NCBI GenBank assembly: GCA_040289515.1
Contig: PSLI01000004.1
Coordinates: 11,111 to 75,110, forward strand
Length of the DNA: 64,000 bases
Reading direction: 5' to 3'
Source of the DNA: Candidatus Sysuimicrobiota bacterium
Lineage (GTDB): Bacteria; Sysuimicrobiota; Sysuimicrobiia; Sysuimicrobiales; Sysuimicrobiaceae
The position numbers and the translations under genes are program-made. The notes beneath the pieces are model-generated. The model did not search any database and was not told the DNA's origin. It saw only the letters and a list, made by a program, of their open reading frames with translations. Positions within the stretch are counted from its first letter, which is position 1. Every line of letters begins with the position of its first letter. Shown here one piece after another: positions 19,441 to 28,017 of the stretch.

Positions 19441-20969
19441 CCCGGTCCGAAGAACTCTCCCTGCCCACCCGCCACGGGGAGGTGCTGTGCGTCCCGGAGT
19501 TTGGCCGCTGGCTGGAGGTGGCGGAGCAAAACGCCCGCAGGCTGGAGTCCCAGCGGGTGCTGCGGGAGCTGCGGGAGCAGGCCCGGCGCGAGCTGGTGCA
19601 GCGCGCGGGAGCACTGCTGGAGCGCTGGGGCCTGCACCGCCCCGAAGTGGGCGCCGGCCCGTGGGTCGGTACGGGCCACCAGCCCGCCCTGTACCACCCT
19701 GGGATCTGGATCCGCACGTGGGCGGTGGCGGCCTGCCAGCAGCGCGGTGCCGTGGGGGTGCACGTGGGGGTGGACTCGGACGAGTGCGAGCGTTTCGGAG
19801 CGCGGGTTCCCCGCCGGGACGACGGCAGGCTGCGGGTAGTGGAGCGCGTCCTGGCAGAGGGGGGCCGGGACGTGCCCTTCGAGTGCCTGCCGGCTCCCGC
19901 AGAAGAGGCCTGGCGCGCCTTCTGCGCACGCCTTCAGGAGGACGTGGCCACCCTGGGGCTTCCGGAGGTTGAAGGGCGCCTGGCGCGCGCGGAGCGGGCC
20001 GGGCTGGCGAGCTTGGCCCGTGCCCGGCACCTGGGCGAATTCGGGGCCGGCCTGCGCCGGCATCTGGAGCTGGACTGCGCGCCGGTCCGGTACCTGGAGG
20101 TGACCGCCTCGGAGCTTTCTAGAACCCGGGCGTTCGCCCGCTTCGCTAGCTGGATCGCGCAGGACGCAGAGCGCTTCTGGGCATGCCACAACCAGGCCCT
20201 GGAGGACTACCGGCGCCAGCAGGACCTGCGGTCGCCCGCGCAGCCGTTCCCCAACCTGCGGCGGGAAGGTGGACGGGTGGAACTACCCTTCTGGCTGGTG
20301 CGGGATGGAGTGCGGCAGCCCGTGTTCGTGCAGCCAAACCGTCCTCCCGTGGCCTTCTGCCGGGGTGCGGCGGTGGGAGAGCTGTCAGAGGAGGGGCTGG
20401 AGGGCCTGCGGCCCCGGGCGGTGACCCTCACCCTGTTCCTGCGCCTGGCGGTGTGCGACCTGTTCGTGCACGGGCTGGGAGGTGCCCGGTACGACCGGGT
20501 TACCGACCGGCTGGTGCGGGAGTTCTTTGACGTGGAACCGCCGCCGTTCGCGGTGCTGACCGCCACCTACCACCTGCCCCTGGCACGGCATCCGGATCCC
20601 CGGGCCGCGTACCAGACCGCCCAGCGCCTGTGGCAGGACCTCCACCACAACCCGGACCGTCACCTTCCACGGGACGGCGAAGTGGCCAACCTGGTGGAGG
20701 AGAAGTGGCGGTGCATCCAGGCCTTGGAAGCACCGGGCCTACCCCGCCGGACCCGCCGGGAGCTCACGCAGCGCATCCGGGCCCTCAACGAGGCGCTCCG
20801 GGCCCGCCTGCAGGACCGAATCCGTCAGGTGGAGGCGGAGCTGGAGAGCCTGCGGCGCGACGTGGAAGAACACCAGGTGGCCGCGGACCGCACCTACCCC
20901 TTTTTCTTGTTCGACCCGGAGCTCCTGCGCACGTACTTCCGGGCGAGGGAGGAAGCGCGTTGCCGGTAG
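19437..20969 (+). CDS. Hypothetical protein, distant BshC-like ligase
   Basis: TGHQP, VDSD, ELPFW, LRPRA, FVHGLGGARYD, C-terminal coiled coil; translationally coupled to the deacetylase. The ORF is solid; the function is inferred. Confidence 0.6.
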   Translation: MTRSEELSLPTRHGEVLCVPEFGRWLEVAEQNARRLESQRVLRELREQARRELVQRAGALLERWGLHRPEVGAGPWVGTGHQPALYHPGIWIRTWAVAACQQRGAVGVHVGVDSDECERFGARVPRRDDGRLRVVERVLAEGGRDVPFECLPAPAEEAWRAFCARLQEDVATLGLPEVEGRLARAERAGLASLARARHLGEFGAGLRRHLELDCAPVRYLEVTASELSRTRAFARFASWIAQDAERFWACHNQALEDYRRQQDLRSPAQPFPNLRREGGRVELPFWLVRDGVRQPVFVQPNRPPVAFCRGAAVGELSEEGLEGLRPRAVTLTLFLRLAVCDLFVHGLGGARYDRVTDRLVREFFDVEPPPFAVLTATYHLPLARHPDPRAAYQTAQRLWQDLHHNPDRHLPRDGEVANLVEEKWRCIQALEAPGLPRRTRRELTQRIRALNEALRARLQDRIRQVEAELESLRRDVEEHQVAADRTYPFFLFDPELLRTYFRAREEARCR

Positions 20970-21673
20970 CACGTCATGCGGAGAGGGTGCGGGCCTCCCC
21001 GGTTTGGGGAACTCGGGCAGCTTCCGGTCCCCCGAGCCCCGTGGTCACGGAGGGGCTGGGCCGGCGTTTTGGGCCCGTGGTGGCGCTGCACGACGTCACC
21101 CTGCGGGTACAGCAGGGTCAGTGCCTGCTGCTGGTGGGGCCCAACGGCTCCGGGAAGACCACCCTGTTGCGGGTTCTGGCCACCGCGCTGCGCCCCACGG
21201 AGGGACGCGCGTGGGTGTGGGGCTATGAGGTGACCGCGGAAGGGTGGCGGGTGCGAGAGGTGTGCGCGTACCTGGGCACCGCCCCGGGGGTGTACGGGGC
21301 GCTTTCGGGCTTCGAGAACTTACGCCTGGCCGCGGACCTGTGCGGAAAGCCCGTTGGGCGTGTCCCTGAGCTGCTGGCGCGGGTCGGGCTGATGCCGGCG
21401 GCGCACCGGCTGGTGGCCAGCTACAGCCTCGGGATGCGCCGGCGGCTGGCCCTGGCCCGGGCCTTCCTGCAGGAGCCCCTGGTGGCGCTGTTGGACGAGC
21501 CTTTTGTGGGCCTGGATGAGGAGGGTCGGGAGCTGGTGCGGCAGCTGGTGGAGGAGGTCAAAAGCCGCGCTGGGGCCGTGGTTCTGGCCACTCACGACGG
21601 GGACCGGGCGCGGGGCCTGTACGACCGGGTCGTGTGCCTGGAGGCGGGCAGTTTGCGGGCAGCGGGCGGATGA
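20960..21673 (+). CDS. ccmA: Heme export ABC ATPase CcmA
   Basis: GPNGSGKTT, YSLGMRRRL, LLDEPF; precedes ccmBC; start uncertain (20960 or 21041). Confidence 0.88.
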   Translation: MPVARHAERVRASPVWGTRAASGPPSPVVTEGLGRRFGPVVALHDVTLRVQQGQCLLLVGPNGSGKTTLLRVLATALRPTEGRAWVWGYEVTAEGWRVREVCAYLGTAPGVYGALSGFENLRLAADLCGKPVGRVPELLARVGLMPAAHRLVASYSLGMRRRLALARAFLQEPLVALLDEPFVGLDEEGRELVRQLVEEVKSRAGAVVLATHDGDRARGLYDRVVCLEAGSLRAAGG

Positions 21674-22323
21674 GAGCAGCTCGCCGCGTCCTGGCCCTGG
21701 TGCGCAAGGATCTGGTGCTGGAGTGGCGGGGCAGGGACGTGCTGGTGCCCGCGGGTGCCTTCGGGCTCGCGGTGTTGCTGGTGCTGGGCCTGGTTTCCGG
21801 CGGCGGGCCGCAGGACGCGCCCACCTTACTGTGGGTTTCTGTGCTGCTGGCCTCCGTGCTGGCGGCGGGCCGCAGCGCGGAGCGGGAAGGAGAGGAGGGA
21901 ACGCTGGAAGTGCTGCTGCTGTACCCGGGCAGCCGCGAGGACCTGTTCTGGGGGCGACACCTGGCCCTGTGCGTGCTGCTGGGAGCGCTGGCTTTGGGCC
22001 TGTGGGCCGCACAGCTGTTCCTGTTCAACGCTCCGGCCCGCGGGTGGCCCGCCGTGCTGCTGGCGGGGACGCTGGCGACAGTGGGGCTGAGTGCGTCGGG
22101 CACCCTGCTGGCGGCCCTGCTGGGCCACGTGCGGGCGGGTCGGCTGCTGTTGCCCTTGCTGTTCTTGCCCACCTCGGTTCCCGTGCTGCTGGCCGGTGTG
22201 CGTCTCACGGAGGCGGCCGCCGCGGGCACCACACTCGGCCCGTGGTGGGGCGTGCTGGTGGTGTTCGACCTGTTGTTCCTGCTGGTGGGTCCCGTGCTGT
22301 TTGAGGTGGCGGTGGAGGGCTAG
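21670..22323 (+). CDS. ccmB: Heme exporter permease CcmB
   Basis: RKDLVLEWR, EREGEEGTLE, LLPLLFLP. Confidence 0.88.
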   Translation: MRAARRVLALVRKDLVLEWRGRDVLVPAGAFGLAVLLVLGLVSGGGPQDAPTLLWVSVLLASVLAAGRSAEREGEEGTLEVLLLYPGSREDLFWGRHLALCVLLGALALGLWAAQLFLFNAPARGWPAVLLAGTLATVGLSASGTLLAALLGHVRAGRLLLPLLFLPTSVPVLLAGVRLTEAAAAGTTLGPWWGVLVVFDLLFLLVGPVLFEVAVEG

Positions 22324-22962
22324 GTGCGGGCCTTCGCCATGGGCGCAACGGCGGCGCTGTTGGCCCTGGGGCTGTGGCTGGCCCTGAGAGCGTCTCCCCC
22401 AGACGCTTACCAGGGGGAATACGTGCGGATCATGTACGTGCACGTGCCTGCCGCCGTGTCCAGCTACGCCGCCGCAGCGGTGGCCTGCGTGAGCGGCGCC
22501 CTGTACCTGTGGCGGCGCCGGTCGGAGTACGACGCGTGGGCCCGTGCGGGGGCGGAGCTGGCCAGCTTGTTCGCGGGCCTCACCCTGCTGACCGGGATGC
22601 TGTGGGGCAAGCCCGTGTGGGGTGTGTGGTGGGCGTGGGATGCCCGGCTGGTCTCCACCGCGGTGCTGTTCCTGCTGTACGTGGGTTGCCTGCTGGTGCG
22701 GGACCTGTCGGAGGATCCGGTGCGCGGCCGCCGCCTGGCGGCGGCTTTGGGCGTGGTGGCCTTCCTAGACGTGCCGCTGGTGCACTACTCCGTGGTGTGG
22801 TTCCGAACGCTGCACCAGGGCCCCTCCATTAGACCTGGAGCCGTGCAGATGGCACCGGAGTTTTTGGCCCCCCTGGCGGTGAACGTGCTGGCCTACCTGG
22901 TGCTGTCGGGCTTCCTCCTGGTAGAACGGGCCCGCCTGGCGCGCCTGGAGGCGGAGCGGTGA
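22324..22962 (+). CDS. ccmC: Cytochrome c biogenesis protein CcmC
   Basis: YVHVPAA, WWD motif WGKPVWGVWWAWDARL, WFRTLHQ. Confidence 0.95.
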   Translation: MRAFAMGATAALLALGLWLALRASPPDAYQGEYVRIMYVHVPAAVSSYAAAAVACVSGALYLWRRRSEYDAWARAGAELASLFAGLTLLTGMLWGKPVWGVWWAWDARLVSTAVLFLLYVGCLLVRDLSEDPVRGRRLAAALGVVAFLDVPLVHYSVVWFRTLHQGPSIRPGAVQMAPEFLAPLAVNVLAYLVLSGFLLVERARLARLEAER

Positions 22963-23087
22963 GGGCTTGGGGGTGGGTGCTGGCCGCGTACGGATGCGCG
23001 GCCGTGCTGCTCGGAGCTTACGCGTGGCGGTTGTGGCGGCGTCTGGAGCGAGCCTCGGGTGGCCGTGCGAGGGAGGGCGACGCGTGA
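22959..23087 (+). CDS. ccmD: CcmD-like small membrane protein (42 aa, missing from the ORF track)
   Basis: GTG start overlaps the ccmC stop; MRAWGWVLAAYGCAAVLLGAYAWRLWRRLERASGGRAREGDA*; its stop overlaps the ccmE start. Confidence 0.75.
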   Translation: MRAWGWVLAAYGCAAVLLGAYAWRLWRRLERASGGRAREGDA

Positions 23088-23485
23088 GGCGGATGCGCGT
23101 GCTGTTGGCGGTGCTCCTGACCGCCGGGTCCCTGGGCTACGTGGTGGCCGGAGGGCTGCGGGAGGCGGTGGTGTACTACCTCACGCCCACGGAGGTGCGT
23201 TCCATGCGCCCGGAGCCCCACAGGCCCGTACGGGTGGGCGGGCAGGTACTGCCCGGCTCCCTGCGAAGGGAAGGGCCGGAGGTGCGCTTCATCCTCTGGG
23301 ACGGCCAGACCCAGCTGCCCGTACGCTTCCGGGGTACCGTGGAAGGGCTGCTAGCGGAGGCACAGGGCGCCGTGGTGGAGGGCCGGGTGGTGGAGGGGAT
23401 CCTCCACGCCCGCACCGTGGTGGTCAAGCACTCGGAGGAGTACACCCCGTCCCGAACTCCGCACGACCGCCCCCGCGGACCGTAA
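23084..23485 (+). CDS. ccmE: Heme chaperone CcmE
   Basis: YYLTPTE, VRVGG, GAVVEG, KHSEEY (HxxxY). Confidence 0.92.
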   Translation: MRRMRVLLAVLLTAGSLGYVVAGGLREAVVYYLTPTEVRSMRPEPHRPVRVGGQVLPGSLRREGPEVRFILWDGQTQLPVRFRGTVEGLLAEAQGAVVEGRVVEGILHARTVVVKHSEEYTPSRTPHDRPRGP

Positions 23486-23540
23486 GGCCGCTTGACGGTG
23501 AGCGAAAGGCGCGCGGAAAATCGTGACAGGACCTTGACGG

Positions 23541-23563
23541 CGGGGGCCACCGAGCCCCCGTTT
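23541..23563 (+). terminator. GC hairpin with short T tail; possible terminator or attenuator
   Basis: CGGGGGC-CACCGA-GCCCCCG-TTT. Confidence 0.4.
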
Positions 23564-23693
23564 GCGTTCTGGGCCGAGACGAAGAGGAATCCGGGCACCG
23601 GAAGTCAAAGACACACGCCAGCTCCTCGGTCAGGGAGGCAGGTTGCTGCGACGCGAAGCCAGCTGTTCGTGCAACTGCAGGGTCCCAGGGAGC

Positions 23694-24545
23694 TTGCGAC
23701 TCTCTCTGTCGGTGGCGATGGCGGCGTGGGTGCTGGCGGGCTGCCAGCCGTACGTCCGGGTGAGCAGCCCCGTCCGGGAGGTCTACGAGCCCCTGGAGGG
23801 GTTCGCGGTGCGCATGAACTTCATGCCCCGCAAACCCGACGCGGACGGGGGCCGGAAGATCTACGAGGCGCGGTGCGCGGTCTGCCACGGACCGCAGGGG
23901 CGCGGGGACGGGCCCATGGCCCAGCAGCTCACGGCCCCGGAGAAGAACCCGTACACCGACTTTTTGAGCCTGTTCCGCATCCATCGCAAGGCGGAACCGT
24001 TGCCGAGCCGGCCCGCCCGGTTTGACAACCTGGATCAGATGCGGCTAAACGCCCCCTTCGCTATGTTCGAGACCATCGCCCGCGGGCGTCCCCACACCGC
24101 CATGCCCGGGTTCCAGCACCCCGCCTACGGTGCCACGGACGGCGGCGAGCCGCGCCTACGGGATCAGGAGATCTGGGACGTGCTGTTCTGGGAGTGGAGC
24201 CGCACCACCAGCCGGGAGCGCCTGGTGCAGGGCCGGCGGATCTACAACCAGCTGTGCGCCCGCTGCCACGGCGTAGGAGGGGACGGGAATGGGCCGGAGG
24301 CGGGCCGCATCCGGCAGCAAGTGTGGACGTGGGCGCGGGGCGTGGGGCCGGGTGTTTTCACGGACCGGGACTGGATGGCGTACCGCAAGCCCACGGAGCT
24401 GTACCAGCGGATTTCAGAAGGGGTGCGGCGGCGAGGGCTGGAGCTGATGCCGGCCTACGCCGACAAGCTGTCGGCGGACCAGATCTGGACCGTGGTAGAG
24501 TACCTGTGGACGTTCGTGTACACACCCCCGAAGGACCTGCGGTAG
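23694..24545 (+). CDS. Diheme c-type cytochrome lipoprotein
   Basis: Lipobox LAGC; CAVCH and CARCH, each followed by an MP distal-ligand motif; start uncertain (TTG 23643 or 23694). Confidence 0.88.
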   Translation: MRLSLSVAMAAWVLAGCQPYVRVSSPVREVYEPLEGFAVRMNFMPRKPDADGGRKIYEARCAVCHGPQGRGDGPMAQQLTAPEKNPYTDFLSLFRIHRKAEPLPSRPARFDNLDQMRLNAPFAMFETIARGRPHTAMPGFQHPAYGATDGGEPRLRDQEIWDVLFWEWSRTTSRERLVQGRRIYNQLCARCHGVGGDGNGPEAGRIRQQVWTWARGVGPGVFTDRDWMAYRKPTELYQRISEGVRRRGLELMPAYADKLSADQIWTVVEYLWTFVYTPPKDLR

Positions 24546-24556
24546 GAGGTGGCCGG

Positions 24557-25201
24557 GTGGATCGTCGCACGTTCTTAAAGGCCCTGAGCGCGCTGCCCGT
24601 GGTGGGGGCTGTGGGAGCCTTCCTGGCGCCCTTGCTGCGCTACCTGAAGCCGAACCTGGAACGGGGACTGGGCCTGCCGCAGGGGAAGCTACCGCCCGAC
24701 CTGGCGGAGGGGGACCTCCCCACGGGCGAGCCGCTGCCCATCGCTACCTTGGAGGAGCTGCGGGAACCGTGGTCCAGCAAGTTCTTCGTGTTCACGCAGA
24801 AGTACCCACAGTACACCCCGGAGCTGGCCAAGGCGGCCACGGTGCCGGGGGTGGCCATCAAGCTGCCGTGGAAGCTGCCCTTTCCGGGCTACAAGGGAGG
24901 GAAGGAGCCCACGGACATCGTGATCTTCTCCCGCATCTGTCCGCACCTGGGCTGCATCTTCAACTACGTGCCCAACTGGCGGGAGGTGACGGCGGGCTAC
25001 GGGGGCTACGTACCGCCGGAGGACCGGCGGCACGGGCTGCTCGCGTGCCCGTGCCACCTGTCCATCTACGATCCCGCGGACCGGGAACTTCCTGGCCGGG
25101 TGCTGTCGGGCCCCGCGCCCCGGCCGCCCCGCTACTTCACCTACGAGATCCGGGGCGGGGTGATCGTGGTCACCGGGGCGGAACCCGGCGGGATCGCCTG
25201 A
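24557..25201 (+). CDS. Rieske [2Fe-2S] subunit of a cytochrome bc complex
   Basis: Tat signal DRRTFLK; CPHLGC and CPCH boxes; GPAPRP. Confidence 0.95.
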   Translation: MDRRTFLKALSALPVVGAVGAFLAPLLRYLKPNLERGLGLPQGKLPPDLAEGDLPTGEPLPIATLEELREPWSSKFFVFTQKYPQYTPELAKAATVPGVAIKLPWKLPFPGYKGGKEPTDIVIFSRICPHLGCIFNYVPNWREVTAGYGGYVPPEDRRHGLLACPCHLSIYDPADRELPGRVLSGPAPRPPRYFTYEIRGGVIVVTGAEPGGIA

Positions 25202-25214
25202 GGGAGCCGGAGCC

Positions 25215-26363
25215 GTGTGGGACCGGTTGCGAGAGTGGTTCCGGGAGCGCAAGGAAAAGCTGGACCTGTTCGACGAGACCCACGTCGACCGCCAGGACAA
25301 CCCCCTGTACATCCTCGGCCAGATCGTCTACTTCGCGTGGATCGCCGTGGTGGTAAGCGGCATCCTCCTCATGATCTGGTACGAGCCTACCACCCACGGC
25401 GCGTACAACTCCATTCTGCGCATCCAGCGGGAGGTGCCCCTGGGTTGGCTGACCCGCGGCGTGCACAAGTACGGCGCGGACATGCTGATCCTGGCCATCA
25501 CCCTGCGCATCTACCGGATGTATTTCCTGGGAGAGTACAAACGGCCCAACGAACTGTCGTGGATGATCCTGTTCGGCTCCCTGGTGCTGGCCATGATCTC
25601 CGGGCTCACGGGCTACCTGCTCATCTGGAACCAGCGGGCCTTCTGGGCGGCCAAGGTGGTGCTCACGGTGGCCGTGTACCTGGACCAGCTCCCCCTGATC
25701 GGCCAAACGCGGTTCGGCAGCGCCATCGCCTTCGCCTTCCTGGGCGGGCCGGCGGAGGGGCAGGGAACCCTCACCCGGTTCTACGCCATCCACTTCGGGA
25801 TCTCCGCGCTGCTGCTGGTGGCCTCGGAGGTGTACTTCTACTTCACCCGCCGGCGCCGGTTCGTCCTGTCCCCCACGGCCCTGGTGATCCTGCTGGCTAT
25901 GCTGGTGGTAACGAGCTACGTGTTCCCCGCAGAGATGGGCCGCCGGGCCGACCCCAACCGCACGCCCCTGCCCATCCTGTCCGACTGGTACTTCCTGGCC
26001 CTGTACCAGTACGTGAAGTATACCCCGCCCCTGTGGGCGGGCCTGGGCCCCGGGCTTTTGATCGCTTACGGCATGCTGGTCCCCTTTTTGGACCGCAGCA
26101 AGGGCCGCAGGCCCTCCGAGCGCCCCTTCTTCACGGTGGTGGGGGTCATGGCCCTGACGTACTTCCTCGTGTTCACGGCCCTCATCCTGTTCAACATCGC
26201 GGTGATCGGCCGGGATCCCCACGTGGTCCTACTGGTGACCGCGGCGACTTTGACCCTGGGCCTGGTGCTGGAGTTCCGCTACCGGCGACGGAAGAAGCTG
26301 GCGGAGCTCGCCGCACCGACTCCCGCGCCGCGCGCGGCGCCAGCTCGGGCCGCGGCGGGGTGA
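25215..26363 (+). CDS. Cytochrome b homolog 1, lacking heme bH ligands
   Basis: GWLTRGVHKYG, TGYLLIWNQRAFWA, TLTRFYAIH, SDWYFL. Confidence 0.93.
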   Translation: MWDRLREWFRERKEKLDLFDETHVDRQDNPLYILGQIVYFAWIAVVVSGILLMIWYEPTTHGAYNSILRIQREVPLGWLTRGVHKYGADMLILAITLRIYRMYFLGEYKRPNELSWMILFGSLVLAMISGLTGYLLIWNQRAFWAAKVVLTVAVYLDQLPLIGQTRFGSAIAFAFLGGPAEGQGTLTRFYAIHFGISALLLVASEVYFYFTRRRRFVLSPTALVILLAMLVVTSYVFPAEMGRRADPNRTPLPILSDWYFLALYQYVKYTPPLWAGLGPGLLIAYGMLVPFLDRSKGRRPSERPFFTVVGVMALTYFLVFTALILFNIAVIGRDPHVVLLVTAATLTLGLVLEFRYRRRKKLAELAAPTPAPRAAPARAAAG

Positions 26364-26370
26364 GGGGGCG

Positions 26371-26634
26371 TTGGAAGTCGTGCGGTTCGCGGCAAGCTTC
26401 GGTGTGGCCGTGTTGAGCCTGCACGGAGCCTGGCAGGCATTCGGGCTGGCTTGGGCGGACCCACGGGCGGAGCGCTGGCTCGTCCTGGGCGTGTACCTGG
26501 CCGCCCTGCTGGCCTCAGGAGCATGGGCGGGCTACCTCGTCTACGCCGCGGACCGCAGGGCGGGACGGGTGCGGCGACGGGTGGGGCTGTACGAGCGGTG
26601 GCTGGCAACGCCTCGGGGAGGGAGGGGGCCGTGA
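26371..26634 (+). CDS. Small 2-TM membrane protein
   Basis: Hydrophobic ORF with RBS inside the operon. Confidence 0.7.
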   Translation: MEVVRFAASFGVAVLSLHGAWQAFGLAWADPRAERWLVLGVYLAALLASGAWAGYLVYAADRRAGRVRRRVGLYERWLATPRGGRGP

Positions 26635-26831
26635 GGAAGGACCGCAGCACATGGCACTTCGCCCTGGCCGGTTTCCTGGCGGTGCTGGCCCTAGCCGGAG
26701 TGGCCCTTATGGTGTACGGGGAGTGGTTTGACCAGCGGCTGGTGGCCTCCGGGGCCCTGGGCGTGATCCTGGTTTTGTACGCGGCCATCGTAGTGCTGTT
26801 CCGGAAGGCGGGTCTCACCGCGGAGGAGTAG
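26631..26831 (+). CDS. Small 2-TM membrane protein
   Basis: GTG overlaps the previous stop; RKDRSTWHFALAGFLAVL... Confidence 0.7.
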   Translation: MRKDRSTWHFALAGFLAVLALAGVALMVYGEWFDQRLVASGALGVILVLYAAIVVLFRKAGLTAEE

Positions 26832-26832
26832 G

Positions 26833-28008
26833 GTGTACCGACGGCTGCTTTTGAGCCTGCAGAGCGCCACCCTGAGGCTGGACACCGTCCTAAACCGCGT
26901 CCTGCCCCAGGACTTCAACCCCCTGTACTACACGGGCGGGCTTGCGAACCTGTTCCTCACCATCCTGGTGGTGTCGGGGATCCTCATTTTCCTGTACTAC
27001 GAGCCCAGCCTGGAGGGCGCGTACGCCTCCGTGGAGTTCCTGACCCGGGACGTGCCCTACGGGGTGGTGTTCCGGGGGATCCACCGGTACGCCGCGGACG
27101 CCTACATGGTGGCGATCCTGCTGCACCTGTTCCGCAACTGGTTCACGGACCGCTACCGGGAGGCGCGGGACAGCCAGTGGCTGTCGGGCATGTTCCTGCT
27201 GGTGGTCTCGGGCTTTGCGGGCTTCACGGGCTACCTGCTGGTGTGGGACGAGCGAGCCCAGCTGCTTACAAGCCTCACGGCGCAGGCCCTACGGTCGGTG
27301 CCCCTGGTGGGAGGCTGGCTGGCCCGGGTGTTCCTGGGCGGGCCGGGTGTGAGCGACACGACCCTGTCCCGGTTCCTGTACCTGCATGTGGGGCCCGCCA
27401 TGACCGTGTACGTGCTCCTGTGGTGGCACTACGTACGCCTGCGCCACCCCAAGATCTGGCCTCCCGCGGTGTGGGTGCTGTTCAGCCTGGGCCTGCTGTT
27501 CATCCTCGCCTCCGCGCTGCCCGCGGCCAGCGGCCGTCCCGCGCAGCCGGGCGCGACCCCGGGGGGGTTCGCGGTGGATTGGTTCTTCCTCTGGCCGTAC
27601 GTGCTCGCCCGGTGGCTGGCGCCAGCCTGGGCCATGGTCCTGGTGGGAGCCCTTGTGGCGTACGGCATGGTCATCCCCTACACCCTACGGGAGACGCCCG
27701 AGCAGCGCGGCCTGCGGGCCCTGGGCCAGGCGGTGGTGGTGGAGGAGAACTGCACCGGCTGCGAGCTGTGCTACTACGACTGCCCGTACAACGCCATCTA
27801 CATGGTACCCAGTCCCTACCCCGGCAAGAGCCGGGCCGCGGCCAACCGCAAGCTGCTGGCGGTGGTGGTGGACTCCCGGTGTGTGGAGTGCGGGATCTGC
27901 ATCGGCGCCTGCCCGTTCGAGGCGCTGGAGCTGCCCAGGATGCTGGAAAAGGACGTGCAGCAGAGAATCCGGCGGGGCGCCCAGGTGGAGGCGCCCGTCC
28001 CTTCGTGA
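26833..28008 (+). CDS. Cytochrome b homolog 2 fused to a C-terminal 2[4Fe-4S] ferredoxin
   Basis: RGIHRYAADAYMVAILLH and RFLYLH...WWH give all four heme His; CTGCELCYYDCP and CVECGICIGACP. Confidence 0.93.
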   Translation: MYRRLLLSLQSATLRLDTVLNRVLPQDFNPLYYTGGLANLFLTILVVSGILIFLYYEPSLEGAYASVEFLTRDVPYGVVFRGIHRYAADAYMVAILLHLFRNWFTDRYREARDSQWLSGMFLLVVSGFAGFTGYLLVWDERAQLLTSLTAQALRSVPLVGGWLARVFLGGPGVSDTTLSRFLYLHVGPAMTVYVLLWWHYVRLRHPKIWPPAVWVLFSLGLLFILASALPAASGRPAQPGATPGGFAVDWFFLWPYVLARWLAPAWAMVLVGALVAYGMVIPYTLRETPEQRGLRALGQAVVVEENCTGCELCYYDCPYNAIYMVPSPYPGKSRAAANRKLLAVVVDSRCVECGICIGACPFEALELPRMLEKDVQQRIRRGAQVEAPVPS

Positions 28009-28017
28009 GGCGCAGCC

